A DNA stretch of 63,709 nt, counting the filler, from Octopus bimaculoides (lineage: Eukaryota): NCBI RefSeq assembly GCF_001194135.2. It is 6 parts of 6 records of this genome, joined end to end, with 100 filler letters (N's around TTAATTAATTAA, not from the genome) between each part and the next. Parts side by side here need not be neighbours in the genome. Positions count along the whole stretch, not along the records: positions 40,748 to 53,345 come from NC_068989.1; positions 53,446 to 55,744 come from NW_026406657.1; positions 55,845 to 62,537 come from NC_068987.1; positions 62,638 to 63,709 come from NC_068995.1; 2 more parts are not named here. One strand, 5' to 3'. The first letter of the stretch is position 1; the number at the start of each line of letters is the position of its first letter. The position numbers and the translations under genes were made by a program. Shown piece after piece: positions 50,534 to 63,709 of the stretch. Below the pieces are notes generated by a model. That model saw nothing but the letters and a program-made list of their open reading frames with translations, ran no database searches and was not told where the DNA came from.

Positions 50534-50943
50534 GTCAGGTTGAGTAAAAAGTAAGCAATGTTTTGAACCATGAAGAATTTGTAGCGGATTTTTTCAGAGT
50601 TTTGGATTTTTGTTTAGACGTTTTCTTTTTTGCAATTGTTCGATGATACAGACATAGACTTGCCCAAAGGCATCAATAAATTAAGATTGATATTTTTTCA
50701 CCGTTGTTACAATAATCTGAAATGGAAGCGCAATATTCGAGCAATTTCGCTATTCAACTTTAAAAAAGGACGTAAACAGCTGAAAATGCTCGCGATATCA
50801 ATGAAACCTTTGGTGATGAAATGACCAGTGAGTGGTCCACTCGAAAATGGTTTAAATGTTTTCACAGTGGAAGCCTGAGGCTTGAAGATCGTGAGCGTAG
50901 TGGACGCCCATTTGTCATCGATGACACTCAATTAAAGACCGTA
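50534..50943 (+). mobile_element. Mariner 5' fragment
   Basis: TIR-like tcaggttgagtaaaaagtaagc; frameshifted KGRK...ARDINETFGDE..SE...RKWFK.F.SG...LEDRERSGRP. Confidence 0.8.
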
Positions 50944-51048
50944 ATGTGCATGTGTATGTATTCTTATACTACTTATGCTTTAAAATAAATTGACATAATA
51001 GAATGTACACACACATATGTATATTAGTATATATATATAGAGAGAGAG

Positions 51049-51101
<53 letters not shown>

Positions 51102-51737
51102 CATACATACATACATACATAGATACATAGATGAATAAATATAAAGTCACAAATGGAAGGGAAATAGTTTGGTGAAATTTTATTTAACAATAAGAAAATT
51201 CTAATATCCATGACAAATTGTTTCGTAACTTAAAAACATGTAAATAAATCCATCAAAATAATGCAGAATTTAAAGGATTTTTTGTGTTTTGCATTAATGC
51301 AAGCATGTAAGTAATCTATTATTAGTTATAATAATATAAATTATTTAAATGTTTTTAGGCTACGAAACAATTTATCCTGATATTAGAATTTTCTTATTGT
51401 GAAATAAAATTTCATCAGACTATTTCTCTGTCACGTGTGACTTTAATGCACTACCTATCGTTTTCTCTTACATCATACTCTAAATTCTATATGTTTCCTT
51501 GGACGATACATTGAGCTTTTTTATGAGTACTACCGGATTATTTGAATTCATATATTGCGATTTAAATATGTATATTTAAATATGTATGCATGTATGTTTG
51601 TATGTATGTTTATTGTTTATATATATAAATATATATATATACATACATACATAGATATATATATAATCTACTGTTTCGTTATTTGTGGGATCAAAATACT
51701 GTTCTCCTTCCAGTAATAGATAAATGTCATTTAATGT

Positions 51738-52125
51738 TGCTGTTGTTGGCACTCCGTCGGTTGCGATGATGAGTGTTCCAGTTGATCCGATCAACGGAAC
51801 AGCCTGCTCGTGAAATTAACGTACAAGTGGCTGAGCATCCACAAACACGTGTATCCTTAACGTAGTTCTCTGGGATATTCAGCGTGACACAGTGTGACAA
51901 GGCTGACCCTTTGAATTACAGGCACAACAGAAACAGGAAGTAAGAGTGAGAGAAAGTTGTGGTGAAACAATACAGCAGGGTTCTCCACCATCCCCTGCCG
52001 GAGCCTCGTGGAGCTTTTAGGTGTTTTCGCTCAATAAACACTCACAACGTCTGGTCTGGGAATCGAAACCGCGATCCTATGACCGCGAGTCCGCTGCCCT
52101 AACCACTCAGCCATTGCGCCTCCAC
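51738..52125 (-). mobile_element. Full-length tRNA-derived SINE with 10-bp TSD (catttaatgt)
   Basis: Reverse complement of 14955-15337; TSD at 51728-51737 and 52126-52135. Confidence 0.9.
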
Positions 52126-53134
52126 CATTTAATGTATATAGGATTGAAAAGCGGGATACTACAAGTTCTATGTCACTAATAATACAAAAGGCGGGTGAGC
52201 TTGTATGATATGCCGTGTATAATCAGACAATCATTCTGATTCAAAATAAAACATGACTGCACTCAGAAAAAAGCACGAAAAATACGAAGAAAAATAGAAA
52301 ATATTGATGCAAAACTGGAAACGCAAAATAGCATGAAGGGAAGGTAGAAAACAGTTGTGTCCCTTTGGTTTATTAGAAGGGGAAACATGAGAAACAACAA
52401 TGGTAGGTGGAGTTAATTCGACGGGTAAAGCTTTAAGTTTGTGTGACTGTGTAATCCGGAGAGGGTGATATTTTCCAGTTCGAAACGGTGAGTGTGTTAA
52501 ATAATATGGCACTAAAAGAGAATGACTCTCCCCAGTCACAATAAAATATGCTTTGACACACGAATTAACATAAAGAATCTGTGTGAGTGGGNNNNNNNNN
52601 NGGGGGGGTTATGTGTTTGTGTATACAATCAGCTCTACAACAGATGTCTCATTCGTTTCCAACAGGTCAAGTGCGAATGTCTTAAAAGTCTTGAGCTTCA
52701 GCTGCATTAATTCCCAAGTGTGTGATATATGCCTATATATGTGTGATATATGCCTACATCCATAATGATGTGCTGCTCCACTCTACATCCATAATGATGT
52801 GCAAGCCTAGAAATAGCTTAATTGTATCGAACGCAATTATATATGTAGACTTTCGTGATGCTAATATGTCATTGTGTGTGTTCGTGACATTATATCTTGT
52901 GCAAACATCGGTGTACGCGCAAGTATGTATATGTAAAGATGTTTCTTTGTATTTACATTTGAGCACAATTTTAAATGCATTTCTTTTGTATGGAAGTTTA
53001 TATATTGTTCACCGAAACCTGTCAAGAGAATGTTCTGTGCACTAAGCAGAACGAAGCATACATCTACACAGAAATACACAGACAAACATACAGTCATATG
53101 CATTCGTACGTGCATGCACTAACACAAACACACA

Positions 53135-53169
<35 letters not shown>

Positions 53170-53297
53170 GCGCCCACAAACATTGTTAATTCTATAGCCT
53201 GTTTCCAATGCAACTTGTACTGACAAATCCTACTTGCTTTTGATTTGAGCTCAAACATCCATTGCTAAAATGTTCACTCACATACACACATACACAC

Positions 53298-53345
<48 letters not shown>

Positions 53346-53446
53346 NNNNNNNNNNNNNNNNNNNNNNNNNNNNNNNNNNNNNNNNNNNNTTAATTAATTA
53401 ANNNNNNNNNNNNNNNNNNNNNNNNNNNNNNNNNNNNNNNNNNNNA

Positions 53447-54328
53447 AACTCTTTAGAGAACTGGGAAATTGATTCTCTCAAATGCCCTGATGGCTCATTA
53501 GAGGTAGCAGATAATTTTGACTACCGAGGGGACCAAATTAATGGTGGGGGAGGATGCACAGAGAGTGTGATAGCTAAAATAAGAATAGGATGGAAGGAAT
53601 TCAGAGAGCTGTTACCTCTGTTGGCCATGAAATGTTTCTCTCTCTAAGTGAAAGAAGACTGTATGATGCATGTATACAGACAGTAATTCTACATAGTGAG
53701 ATGTGGGCCCTGAATACAGAAGACATGTGAAGGTTAGAAAGGAATGAGGCTAGTATGCTTCACTGGGTGTGTNNNNNNNNNNNNNNNNNNNNNNNNNNNN
53801 NNNNNNNNNNNNNNNNNNNNNNNNNNNNNNNNNNNNNNNNNNNNNNNNNNNNNNNNNNNNNNNNNNNNNNNNNNNNNNNNNNNNNNNNNNNNNNNNNNNN
53901 NNNNNNNNNNNNNNNNGCTCCATAAAGAAGTGCTGATCTCTTAAAGTGGATAGAACATGTGAAAGTTGGAGACCCAGGAATACATGGGATGAAGTACTGA
54001 AGAACGACCTCACAACGCTAAACCTTTCAGGTGAGATGACAAAGGACTGAGATGCCTGGCGCCTTGCTGTATTCAAGAAGATCTGTACTCTGCAGCAGAA
54101 GTGTTGAGACTGGTCCTACTAGTAGTGTAAATCACTCATGACAGTTTCTCATAAAAGCACCCGTGCAGTGCCACATAAAAGCACCTGAGTGGTACCACAT
54201 AAAAGCATCCAGCTGTAGAAACTATGCCAAATCAGACGAGTTTGGTGCAGCCTTCCAGCTTACCAGCCCTGGTCAAGCTATCCAACCCATGCCAGCATGG
54301 ACAACAGACGTTAGATGATGACGATGAT
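53447..54328 (+). mobile_element. RTE LINE 3' fragment (post-RT domain, ORF end, 3' UTR, GAT tail)
   Basis: RIGW.EFRELLPLL...LYDAC...ETWAL..ED..RLERNEASML.W relic linked to the family 3' end. Confidence 0.82.
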
Positions 54329-55845
54329 GTATCTGTGTGTTTGTATATATGTGCATGTGTGTGTGAATNNNNNNNNNNNNNNNNNNNNNNNNNNNNNNNN
54401 NNNNNNNNNNNNNNNNNNNNNNNNNNNNNNNNNNNNNNNNNNNNNNNNNNNNNNNNNNNNNNNNNNNNNNNNNNNNNNNNNNNNNNNNNNNNNNNNNNNN
54501 NNNNNNNNNNNNNNNNNNNNNNNNNNNNNNNNNNNNNNNNNNNNNNNNNNNNNNNNNNNNNNNNNNNNNNNTTCTACTATAGACTCAGGCCAACCAAAGC
54601 CTTGCAAGTGAATTTGGCAGAAAGAGAAACTGAAAGAAGCCCATCATGTGTATGTGTGTGCATACCTGTTTGTCTCCCCCCAGCTTGATATTGACAATGA
54701 GTATTGGTGTGTTTATATGCCTGTGACTGAAACAATAGTCTACATTCTTGCAATTTTGTCTTTTAGTNNNNNNNNNNNNNNNNNNNNNNNNNNNNNNNNN
54801 NNNNNNNNNNNNNNNNNNNNNNNNNNNNNNNNNNNNNNNNNNNNNNNNNNNNNNNNNNNNNNNNNNNNNNNNNNNNNNNNNNNNNNNNNNNNNNNNNNNN
54901 NNNNNNNNNNNNNNNNNNNNNNNNNNNNNNNNNNNNNNNNNNNNNNNNNNNNNNNNNNNNNNNNNNNNNNNNNNNNNNNNNNNNNNNNNNNNNNNNNNNN
55001 NNNNNNNNNNNNNNNNNNNNNNNNNNNATCACAACCATATGTGCGCAACATGGTGACCTCCTATCAAGATAAACAGCACATGACCTTACAGGTGGGGCCC
55101 AGTTACAATTTTCATCAGATTGAGTAGCCCATCCCACTCAAAAGGTCCCTGAATAAGGGTTATTTAAGGATNNNNNNNNNNCCATCCCACTCAAAAGGTC
55201 CCTGAATAAGGGTTATTTAAGGATGTTGAACAAAACACCCATGTTTTCAGAGATGAATTATCCAAACCCCAAAGAATTCCTCTCAACACATGGCTATNNN
55301 NNNNNNNNNNNNNNNNNNNNNNNNNNNNNNNNNNNNNNNNNNNNNNNNNNNNNNNNNNNNNNNNNNNNNNNNNNNNNNNNNNNNNNNNNNNNNNNNNNNN
55401 NNNNNNNNNNNNNNNNNNNNNNNNNNNNNNNNNNNNNNNNNNNNNNNNNNNNNNNNNNNNNNNNNNNNNNNNNNNNNNNNNNNNNNNNNNNNNNNNNNNN
55501 NNNNNNNNNNNNNNNNNNNNNNNNNNNNNNNNNNNNNNNNNNNNNNNNNNNNNNNNNNCCATGAGAGCCACTGCCTGGTACTGCATCAGAGCAGTTATTA
55601 TTATTATTTGGCGAAAAACTCTGTTTCTTTTACTGGGTATGATGGAAAGTGTCAGTTGCCCACAGCCAACAGACTAAGGTGGCCTTTGTTTACTCATCCT
55701 GCTTCAAGAACCTTGTGGAGGAGTTTTGAAGTTCCAAGCAGTGANNNNNNNNNNNNNNNNNNNNNNNNNNNNNNNNNNNNNNNNNNNNTTAATTAATTAA
55801 NNNNNNNNNNNNNNNNNNNNNNNNNNNNNNNNNNNNNNNNNNNNA

Positions 55846-56390
55846 TTACATGGAAAAATGCGAGAATGAAAAGCAATATTCTTAAGATTATAAACCTGGA
55901 AAAGTACAGGACGAGTTATTACACATGTAAAAGTAAAGGAGAAGCTATTACATCTAGTAAAGTAAAGAATAAGAAACATTTTATTTAAAATATTGCAGCA
56001 AAGAATGCTAGTTCTTCTAATTTATCACTCTTTACAGTTCTCATCTATTAAATTTATTATACAAAACTGTTCAGCTAATTTGCAAGTTTGTCTAATTAGT
56101 CACTTTTTTCTGTATTTAAGGTAGTAAATTAGCCAAATTCTATTTAAATAAGTATAGTGTTATTTGAAACCTACAAGTATAGTGTTATTTGAAAACTATA
56201 ATAAAATAAGTTTTAATATTCAAATTTTAATTTTAGCTTCAATATTTTAAGTAAAATGTTTCTTATTCTTTACTTTACTTGAAGTAATAGTTTGTCCTAT
56301 ACTTTTCCAGGTGTAATAACTTATCCTGTACTTTTCCAGGTTTATAATCTGAAGAATATTACTTTTCATGCTCGCATTTTTCAATGTAAT
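55846..56390. mobile_element. Foldback/MITE with ~150-bp imperfect inverted arms
   Basis: 55846-56000 is the reverse complement of ~56240-56390. Confidence 0.75.
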
Positions 56391-57965
56391 CCATGATTTT
56401 TCCGGGTATTGCTGTTATAAGATAATTAATAATGTGTCAATTGATAATTTAAGATTTTACCTTATAGAATAGTGAAAGATAATATTTCAATTTTTTTAAT
56501 GTTTAATTTAAATATATGTTGTGATTGAATTATTTGATATTACCCATCCACTCCAAATTAATGGCAGGCATTTTTACCATGTTGTTGGTTGCACCATGGC
56601 TCACCATAAGTTACAAAAAACAAGACCCCAAAACCATCAGTTACCAGGCTCACCTTCAGTAACCTAATTTTGCAATATTTGGAGGTTACAGGAATTCATT
56701 CAACGGAAAAAAAGCCAATGGTTTCGGGATTGGTTGTGGTGGTGGTCTTGGGGAGGGGAAGCCCCCCCCCCTCATTTTCTCCGAACCAAAGTAAGGGATT
56801 TGCAGCATACTAGGAGGTCAGGGTACTTAATTTCACGCAAAAAAATCAAATTTTTTGTTTTTTCTACTTAGTGAAAATCGTGCGTGTTAATATAGAAATT
56901 TATCAAAATGTTGTTATTTAGCCTCAAATCAACCCTGATTTAGATCCTTTTCGGATCTAATTAAATAGAACCGAAATTGATGAAAGGCAAAGTCGACCTC
57001 AGCGGAATTTGAACTCAGAACGTAAAGACAACGAAATAACGCTTATAAAATACAAAATTTTCGTCAAAAACGTTAAGAGTAAACCCTGTTCTAAGTGACA
57101 CATTCTACCAGTATCAGAAGTTTGAAAGTGTTCAGTTTAAAAAATTAATTAAATAATCTATACGTCAAAGTCGACTTCGGCGAAATTTGAACTCAAAACG
57201 TAAAGGCAGATGAAATACCGTTAAGCATTTCACGCGGTGCTCTAACGCTTCTCCCAATCCACCGACTTTGAGCATAAGAATTCATTTTAGAAATATATTC
57301 TATATTCTTGTTGCTTAAGCGTGACTCCCTTGCTTCCTTACTTACTGACATTAAATTTCGTAACATATTACCTCATAACTATTTTTCTACTCCTTTTTGT
57401 TCAATGCGACTAGCGGTTCTGAATTCCTCATGCATTTTTCTATCATTTAAGCCTAAGAAAAGTATACTTTTAAGTTGACATTAAAAAAAATTTATGTTAA
57501 TTGAAGATGAATATCTGCCTTACTGTCCCCCTTGAAGTCGCAGATATTTTGATGTAACTTTTTTTTCTAGTGAACCAAATCTCAAACTATTTATGCCAAA
57601 GTATTTCTGAGGAGGTTTCCTCTTTAAATCAATTAGCAGTTTGCAATTTAGTTGAGAACTGAATTAGTGGTGAAGCTTGGAAGCTGCTGTGATTGACGAA
57701 ATGGTGGACTTAAGAATATATTTAGCCACTACCGTGGTTGAATGACANNNNNNNNNNNNNNNNNNNNNNNNNNNNNNNNNNNNNNNNNNNNNNNNNNNNN
57801 NNNNNNNNNNNNNNNNNNNNNNNTATATATGTATATCTATAATTATAAAAAAGAGTTTGTATATGTGTGTATGGATTCCAAAACCGAGTTGTAAGGAGTA
57901 TCAAAAGATTCAGTAAGCTTTTGGCTACCAACTAAACTATATTTTCATTCACATATTTGCATATT

Positions 57966-58185
57966 GAAAGAACAAAGCGTCATGCTACAACGCTAGAAGA
58001 TAAACTCGCTATGATAAAACGCCATGAAACAGCTGAACAAGAAGTAGCAATTGCACGATTTTTTGGGATGAGACGGACGAAACAATAAAGACAAGATTTT
58101 AGCACATGTCAAATCTGAAGCCCCAGGGATGAGGAACATTCTCATCAATAAGAAAAGAGGCAAAATCTTTGAAGAAAGAATGTAA
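57966..58185 (+). mobile_element. Tigger/pogo transposase N-terminal relic
   Basis: KRHATTLEDKLAMIKRHE...IARFFGM and HVKS...I.KKRGKIFEE, CENP-B-type HTH. Confidence 0.7.
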
Positions 58186-58509
58186 TTCTAGCAGTTCGCG
58201 ATAACAGAACATACGGAGAACCATGCGGGTCTGAGTTAGATTCGACAGTCACTAATAATGCCACTCCCAACGAGTCCCCCCTAACCACATTCCAATGAAA
58301 TTGTAGAATTCCAAATGAAGATCCTAACCAGTGCCTTAGAAAGGCCTCATTACATAAGCGCCATATGGTCTCAGTTTAAACGAGGATTTTACAATCATGT
58401 GTAATCATTTAAGAACCCATGCAAGCGCAAGCTTGCATCATTAGCTGAATTAATATGGGACTTAAAAATGAGAAAAATCCCATATATTATTGTTATCAAT
58501 GATATTATT

Positions 58510-59135
58510 ATTACTGAACCTAGATTTTAGCTCCTTTCTCACTGCCTGTGCACCTTGGGTATGTGCTGTGGTTTGCTGTGGTGCTCTTATGTTTACTGTA
58601 TTGAAAGTGTTTTGCGTAGAATGTGTGCAGTACCCAGTAGTGCAATTTTCTGTATGATATATATATTTGTAAGTCCTGGTATTTTTGTTATGTATTTGTC
58701 TGAATATTTTTTTATTATACCTAAGGCACCTACTATGATAGGAATTGTTTCTGTTTTTAGATTCCACATTCGAGTTATCTCTATTTCCAGGTCTTTGTAT
58801 TTTGAAAGTTTTTCCATTTCTTTTAGAGAAACGTTGTCATCTGCTGGTATGGATACATCAATTAGAAAGCATTTTTTTCTTCATGATCTTNNNNNNNNNN
58901 TATCTGTGTGTATTGGCATATCGCAGAGTATGGTTACTTTCTCGTTTTCTGTGACCTTTTCTGGCGTGTGTTTATACCATCTTTTTTCTGTTGTTATTCC
59001 ATAGTGTTGGCATAGCTTCCAGTGTATATAGGTCCCAGCACAGTCGTGTATGTTAATATATTCCTTCTTAGCCAGGACTGGGCAGCCAGAGATAATATGA
59101 TTTATTGTTTCTTGTCCATCTCCACATATTCTACA

Positions 59136-59136
<1 letters not shown>
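58510..59136 (-). mobile_element. 5'-truncated R4/Dong-type LINE (CCHC plus REL) flanked by TAA repeats
   Basis: CRICGDGQETINHIISGCPVLA, then LIDVSIP..D and EKLSKYKDLEIEI..MWNLKT..IPIIVGALG. Confidence 0.9.
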
Positions 59137-59212
<76 letters not shown>

Positions 59213-59222
59213 CATTATTATT
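59137..59222. repeat. (TTA)n microsatellite; a similar tract lies at ~24985-25047
   Basis: Directly visible. Confidence 0.95.
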
Positions 59223-61405
59223 AAAGCAATGAGCTGGCAGAAGTAGGGTACACCAAGAACCTGCATCAAAAACATGTGCGCGACATGGTGATCTCGTATC
59301 AAGATAAACAGCACACGACCTTGAAGGTGCGGCCCAGTTAGAATTTCATGTCGAGTAGCCCATCCCGCTAAAATTGTCCTTGAATAAGGGTTGTGTAAGG
59401 ATGTTGAACGAATCACTCATGTTTCCAGAGGTGAATTATTCAAACTCCAAAGAATTCCTCTCAGCACATGACTATGTTGCTGCCCCACTACTTCTGTTCC
59501 TGATCAGAGATGTGCATATCATCAGCCACCAAAGGACATGCCCAACTAGTTAAGGTCAATGTCATCGCTTAGTACTTTCAATATGAATTTTCTTAAGAGA
59601 ATGAGAAAGTAGCCAATTAACAGAGGTAAACAAATCTAAATTCAAAACAATCACGGGAATCACCAGTGACAACGACGCTTAACGGTTGATATTGAAACTA
59701 GAGTGCAATATGAACTCCGAACGACCGATAAATAAGACAACACAGCTGATTTCATGATTTCGTTCACTAAGCTACACTACTTAATGGTGTGTATCTTAAC
59801 ATCTACTGTAGGTATTTTAATATGATTTTATATGCTTTTATTCTTATTTATTGTACCGTAACATTATTGTATGTGTTTTTAACGGTTTTCAAGTGATTTT
59901 ACGAGTCCAATATTTGTGGCAGACAGACGTAAAGTCGAGTAAAATGACTTAACTTGATTTTTATTTTTCTATAAATTATTTTTGAAAACCGACGCACAAT
60001 CGAAAAACACCTAGATTGAAACGACTTAAGTCGTGGTATGCCTGTATATATATATATATATATATNNNNNNNNNNNNNNNNNNNNNNNNNNNNNNNNNNN
60101 NNNNNNNNNNNNNNNNNNNNNNNNNNNNNNNNNNNNNNNNNNNNNNNNNNNNNNNNNNNNNNNNNNNNNNNNNNNNNNNNNNNNNNNNNNNNNNNNNNNN
60201 NNNNNNNNNNNNNNNNNNNNNNNNNNNNNNNNNNNNNNNNNNNNATCTGGTAATTAATCATATATTAATTAATATCGATTAATTATCAGGAGGCCAGCAC
60301 ATCTAAAGAATCAAAGAGATTCAGAAATATTATCTGCAATCTCAGGGGATTAAGGTACATTTTAAAATATGTATATACACGCAAATTTGGACGTATATGT
60401 GGGAGTATGAGTTATCAATGCATGTTTGAGAGCGTAAGACACTACTCATCCATAAACGAATGTGCTGTCTCACATAAATTTTTAGTCAAATCTCTTCGCT
60501 ACATTTTAACTTGTCACATTGTAAAGTTCGTGTGAGAAAACGAAAACTTAAATATTCATTTCATTTCTAACGCATTTCTGAAAAAGAGAAAAAAAAAAAA
60601 ATCGCAGCGATTGCAGAATTCCTTGACAATCCTACTTATGAGGATATAATATCGTCATTCTGGTGGTACTAAAATTTTATTTTTTACGAACATCTTTTTC
60701 CACATCTCCAATGCAAACACACACGCAAACACATGTATGTACACACACATACACACACATATATATATATACATATGTGTATATAAATAAGATATATATA
60801 CATATATACATATACACACACACATGCACACACATACACACACATACACACATATATATCTTATTCACATTTCTCTGTTACACCATCGTATCTTTACTAA
60901 CCAACATTTTTATGTAATTAAAAGCAGACTAAGGCTATTTAATAGATAAAGGTTGCGGTAGCAGCAGCAGCAGCAGCAGCAGCAGTAGCAGAAGCAGCAG
61001 CAGCGGTAGTAGTAGTAGCAGAATTCTTGTTACTATTACTACTATATATGTCATAGAATTTAACATATCTATGTGTGTGTGTGTGTGTGTGTGCACGTGC
61101 GTATAAGGGAGAAAAAGTGTGTGTGAGAGAGAGAGAGAAATTCGTTCAGGTTTTCCCATTTAATTTAATAGGTAACGAAGTATGTATCATTTGTTCAGAT
61201 CGTGTGGCACTCATGTCCCGGTCTTTTAGACACTCAGCGAGTGCAGATGATGGGCGATGGTATAAAGAAATCCTCTCATTTGATGCACCAATTTGCAAAT
61301 GGATTGGCGTGGACCTCCGTGGTTTAGCTCGTTCGATCGATGTTTTTTGAAGTGAAGTTGGAGGCCCGGAAAGCCAATAAACTGTAAGGTAAAATTTCCT
61401 CTTAC

Positions 61406-61564
61406 TGAGATTTGAAAGCTATTTTTGTATTCAAAAATAATAACAGCTTCGCCGCACTTAGCGCAGAAGTCTGGAGTTGTTTTGGCAGCTTTAGGTCTTG
61501 GACTACCAAGGAAGGGAAACAGGTGTCGAAAATGGTTTCTAGTTTGGCATCCATCGTCAAATGT
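61406..61564 (-). other. Candidate orphan exon of an unidentified gene
   Basis: Acceptor cctcttttcag, donor gtaaga; 159 nt; two open frames, one starting MDAKLETIFDTCF at 61554. Confidence 0.3.
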
Positions 61565-61733
61565 CTGAAAAGAGGTAAAATTTATGATAACTTCAGAAAC
61601 GATAAACAAATTATGTTGAGGATGGAAACGGCTGCAAATATAAAATACTACGATAAAAATAAGTTTTATTTTAATTCAAAACTCATTAGGAAGACACTAA
61701 CGAATTTATCTGATAAAAAAATACGTGTGTATG

Positions 61734-61764
<31 letters not shown>

Positions 61765-62045
61765 GTATGTATGTATGTATGTATTATGTATGTACTTACG
61801 TATATATATATGAATATATGTATGTATGTATGTAAGTATGTATGTATGCATGTATGTATTATGTATATATGTACTTATGTATATATGTATGTATGTACTT
61901 CGAATGCATGTTTCTATGTCTATGTGTGCAAATATATGTACGTATTTAATCGCGTGTGTGTGTATGGATATATATTTATGTGTATGTTTGTATGTACGTA
62001 TAAAAGAATGTATGTAGTTGTATGTATGTATGGATATTTGGACGC

Positions 62046-62076
<31 letters not shown>

Positions 62077-62639
62077 TGTATGTACGTACGCATGGATGTA
62101 TATGTGTATGTATATATGTATGTATACGTGTATGTGTATGGGAATAAGTATAAGTGATTTTTCAATCTTAAAATTCAGTCTTCTTTGAGTAGTTTTTGTA
62201 AGGCTTGTTTATATACGAACGCTTTTTTCTTCTAATAATGTAGTCGTTCTGCTTAGATTTGTTTCTTTTCGCTTCAATTTCATTTAGCGATAACTACCGC
62301 TGCCTAAGAAAAGAAACAACATCTCCATATATAGACCTTATTGCACAGATGAATATCTTGCTAGATTACGAAACTGAACCTTATGTTTCGTTTTATAATA
62401 CTTATCTAGTTTAATATCTATCTCTGGATTTGTGTTTTTGCGTTTGATTACTACAACATTTCTGCACTAAAATCTATATTTATGAGCGAACTTACTGAAC
62501 TTTCTGAAAAACTGTATTACGAAATTACATCTTGAAGNNNNNNNNNNNNNNNNNNNNNNNNNNNNNNNNNNNNNNNNNNNNTTAATTAATTAANNNNNNN
62601 NNNNNNNNNNNNNNNNNNNNNNNNNNNNNNNNNNNNNAC

Positions 62640-63709
62640 TGGCCCCCACCGAACTCAAGAACAACACAAAATAATACCAGATCAAGAAACATCCCACTTA
62701 CTAGAAATTCGAAACAAAAATACATCACATACAGAAATGTTACACACATCACTAACCAAAACACCCATAGACACCCACACACACATAACAATCTGAGGCA
62801 ACAATACTACCATTCCCCCGAACCAATCCCATACAATCTCACAGACAGCTCATGCAGACAAAATTACAAACAACATTTTTTAGCCCCAGACCAGAGACAC
62901 CAGGACACAGGCTGGAATCTAGTAATCAGGAAAAACCGAAGATATTCAATCTCTCAACCAAACTTCTTTCAAGCATAAATATAGACATCCTCTCAAAAGG
63001 GCTAAAATTCCCCCCAACTCCACGCAGAGCCAACCAAAATGAAGTGAAGGACAGTATAACAGAATTCTGTAGAAAATTTAGACTCAGAGAAGCATTAACC
63101 AATCACAACACTGAAGATGACTCACTAGTCAAAAACAAAAGTGAGTACATCCCACACAAAGGAAGAAATAAAAATCTAGATGAATTCTGCAACCACATTG
63201 AGAACTTCCCTTACCACACCATGCATAAACAGACAGTTAACTCAAACTTTAACACTACACAATGGAAGGAATTAATAGAACTTCAAAATAATGGAGATAT
63301 TACGATTAAGGAAGCAGATAAAGGAAGTGCAGTTGTAATAATGGACACATTATACTATAGAAACCTAGTAATCTCCATACTTGATGACAATCAACACTAT
63401 GAAAAAGTCACAAACTACATCCCACAAAAAATAATGAAAACCCTGTCCTCACTAATTAAAACACATGGAAATGAACTGACAACCAAGGAGATTGATTTTC
63501 TAACAAATTTCAAATGCAAGCCTAGCCTCTTTTATGGTCTGCCAAAAATACACAAAAGCCAGATCATAAATGAAACCATCAAAAAATCACCAAAGACGTA
63601 CATACATACATACACCAAACCCGGGGGACCTAAAACTACGACCCATCATAGCTGGCCCAGCCTGTGAAACACACAGACTAAGTCTATTTATGGACATCCT
63701 CCTAAAACC
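62640..63709 (+). mobile_element. Penelope-like retroelement, N-terminal and RT region (runs off the window)
   Basis: NLS...ILSKGLKF.PTP, IKEADKGSAVVIMD and FYGLPKIHK; after a frameshift LRPIIAGPACETHRLS. Confidence 0.92.

Noticed and set aside
55125-55222. ~43-bp direct duplication around a 10-N gap
   Set aside because: Typical contig-overlap assembly artefact.
60020-60036. GAAACGACTTAAGTCGT palindrome resembling hammerhead stem III
   Set aside because: No upstream CUGANGA core, and the triplet would be GUG.
32248-60282. Long ORFs of 150-690 aa in the ORF track that are mostly X
   Set aside because: They are read-through of N gaps, not genes.
4400-62165. Many YIHT/CVCV/IYIY/HTHT-type ORFs
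   Set aside because: Translations of (CATA)n, (TG)n, (TA)n and (CA)n microsatellites.
1-63709. CRISPR arrays, rRNA or prokaryotic defence systems
   Set aside because: None seen; the window is eukaryotic and its tandem repeats lack repeat-spacer architecture.

Overview
AT-rich, microsatellite-dense, gap-riddled animal genomic DNA. The repeat families and SINE types suggest a cephalopod such as Octopus (inference). Five artificial TTAATTAATTAA-in-N spacers mean the window may be six joined pieces. The main host feature is invisible to the ORF track: eight phase-compatible minus-strand exons between 20920 and 298 splice into about 404 aa of an RGS22/RGSL1-like protein with tandem RGS-like domains; both ends of the gene are missing. 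The rest is a transposon graveyard: at least six Tc1/mariner/pogo relics, Penelope-like elements (RT and GIY-YIG), R4/Dong-type REL LINEs next to (TAA)n, RTE LINE ends, an L1/Tx1-like ORF1, a Ty3/gypsy fragment, tRNA-SINEs and MITEs. The most interesting signal is a set of non-coding foldback or tandem elements carrying type I hammerhead-ribozyme motifs from several sequence families. These include a ~510-nt retrozyme-like unit (31064-32015) and two adjacent ~460-bp hairpins with a hammerhead motif in each arm, in opposite polarity (42321-43247). All calls were read by eye; no search or folding program was run, and repeat boundaries are approximate.
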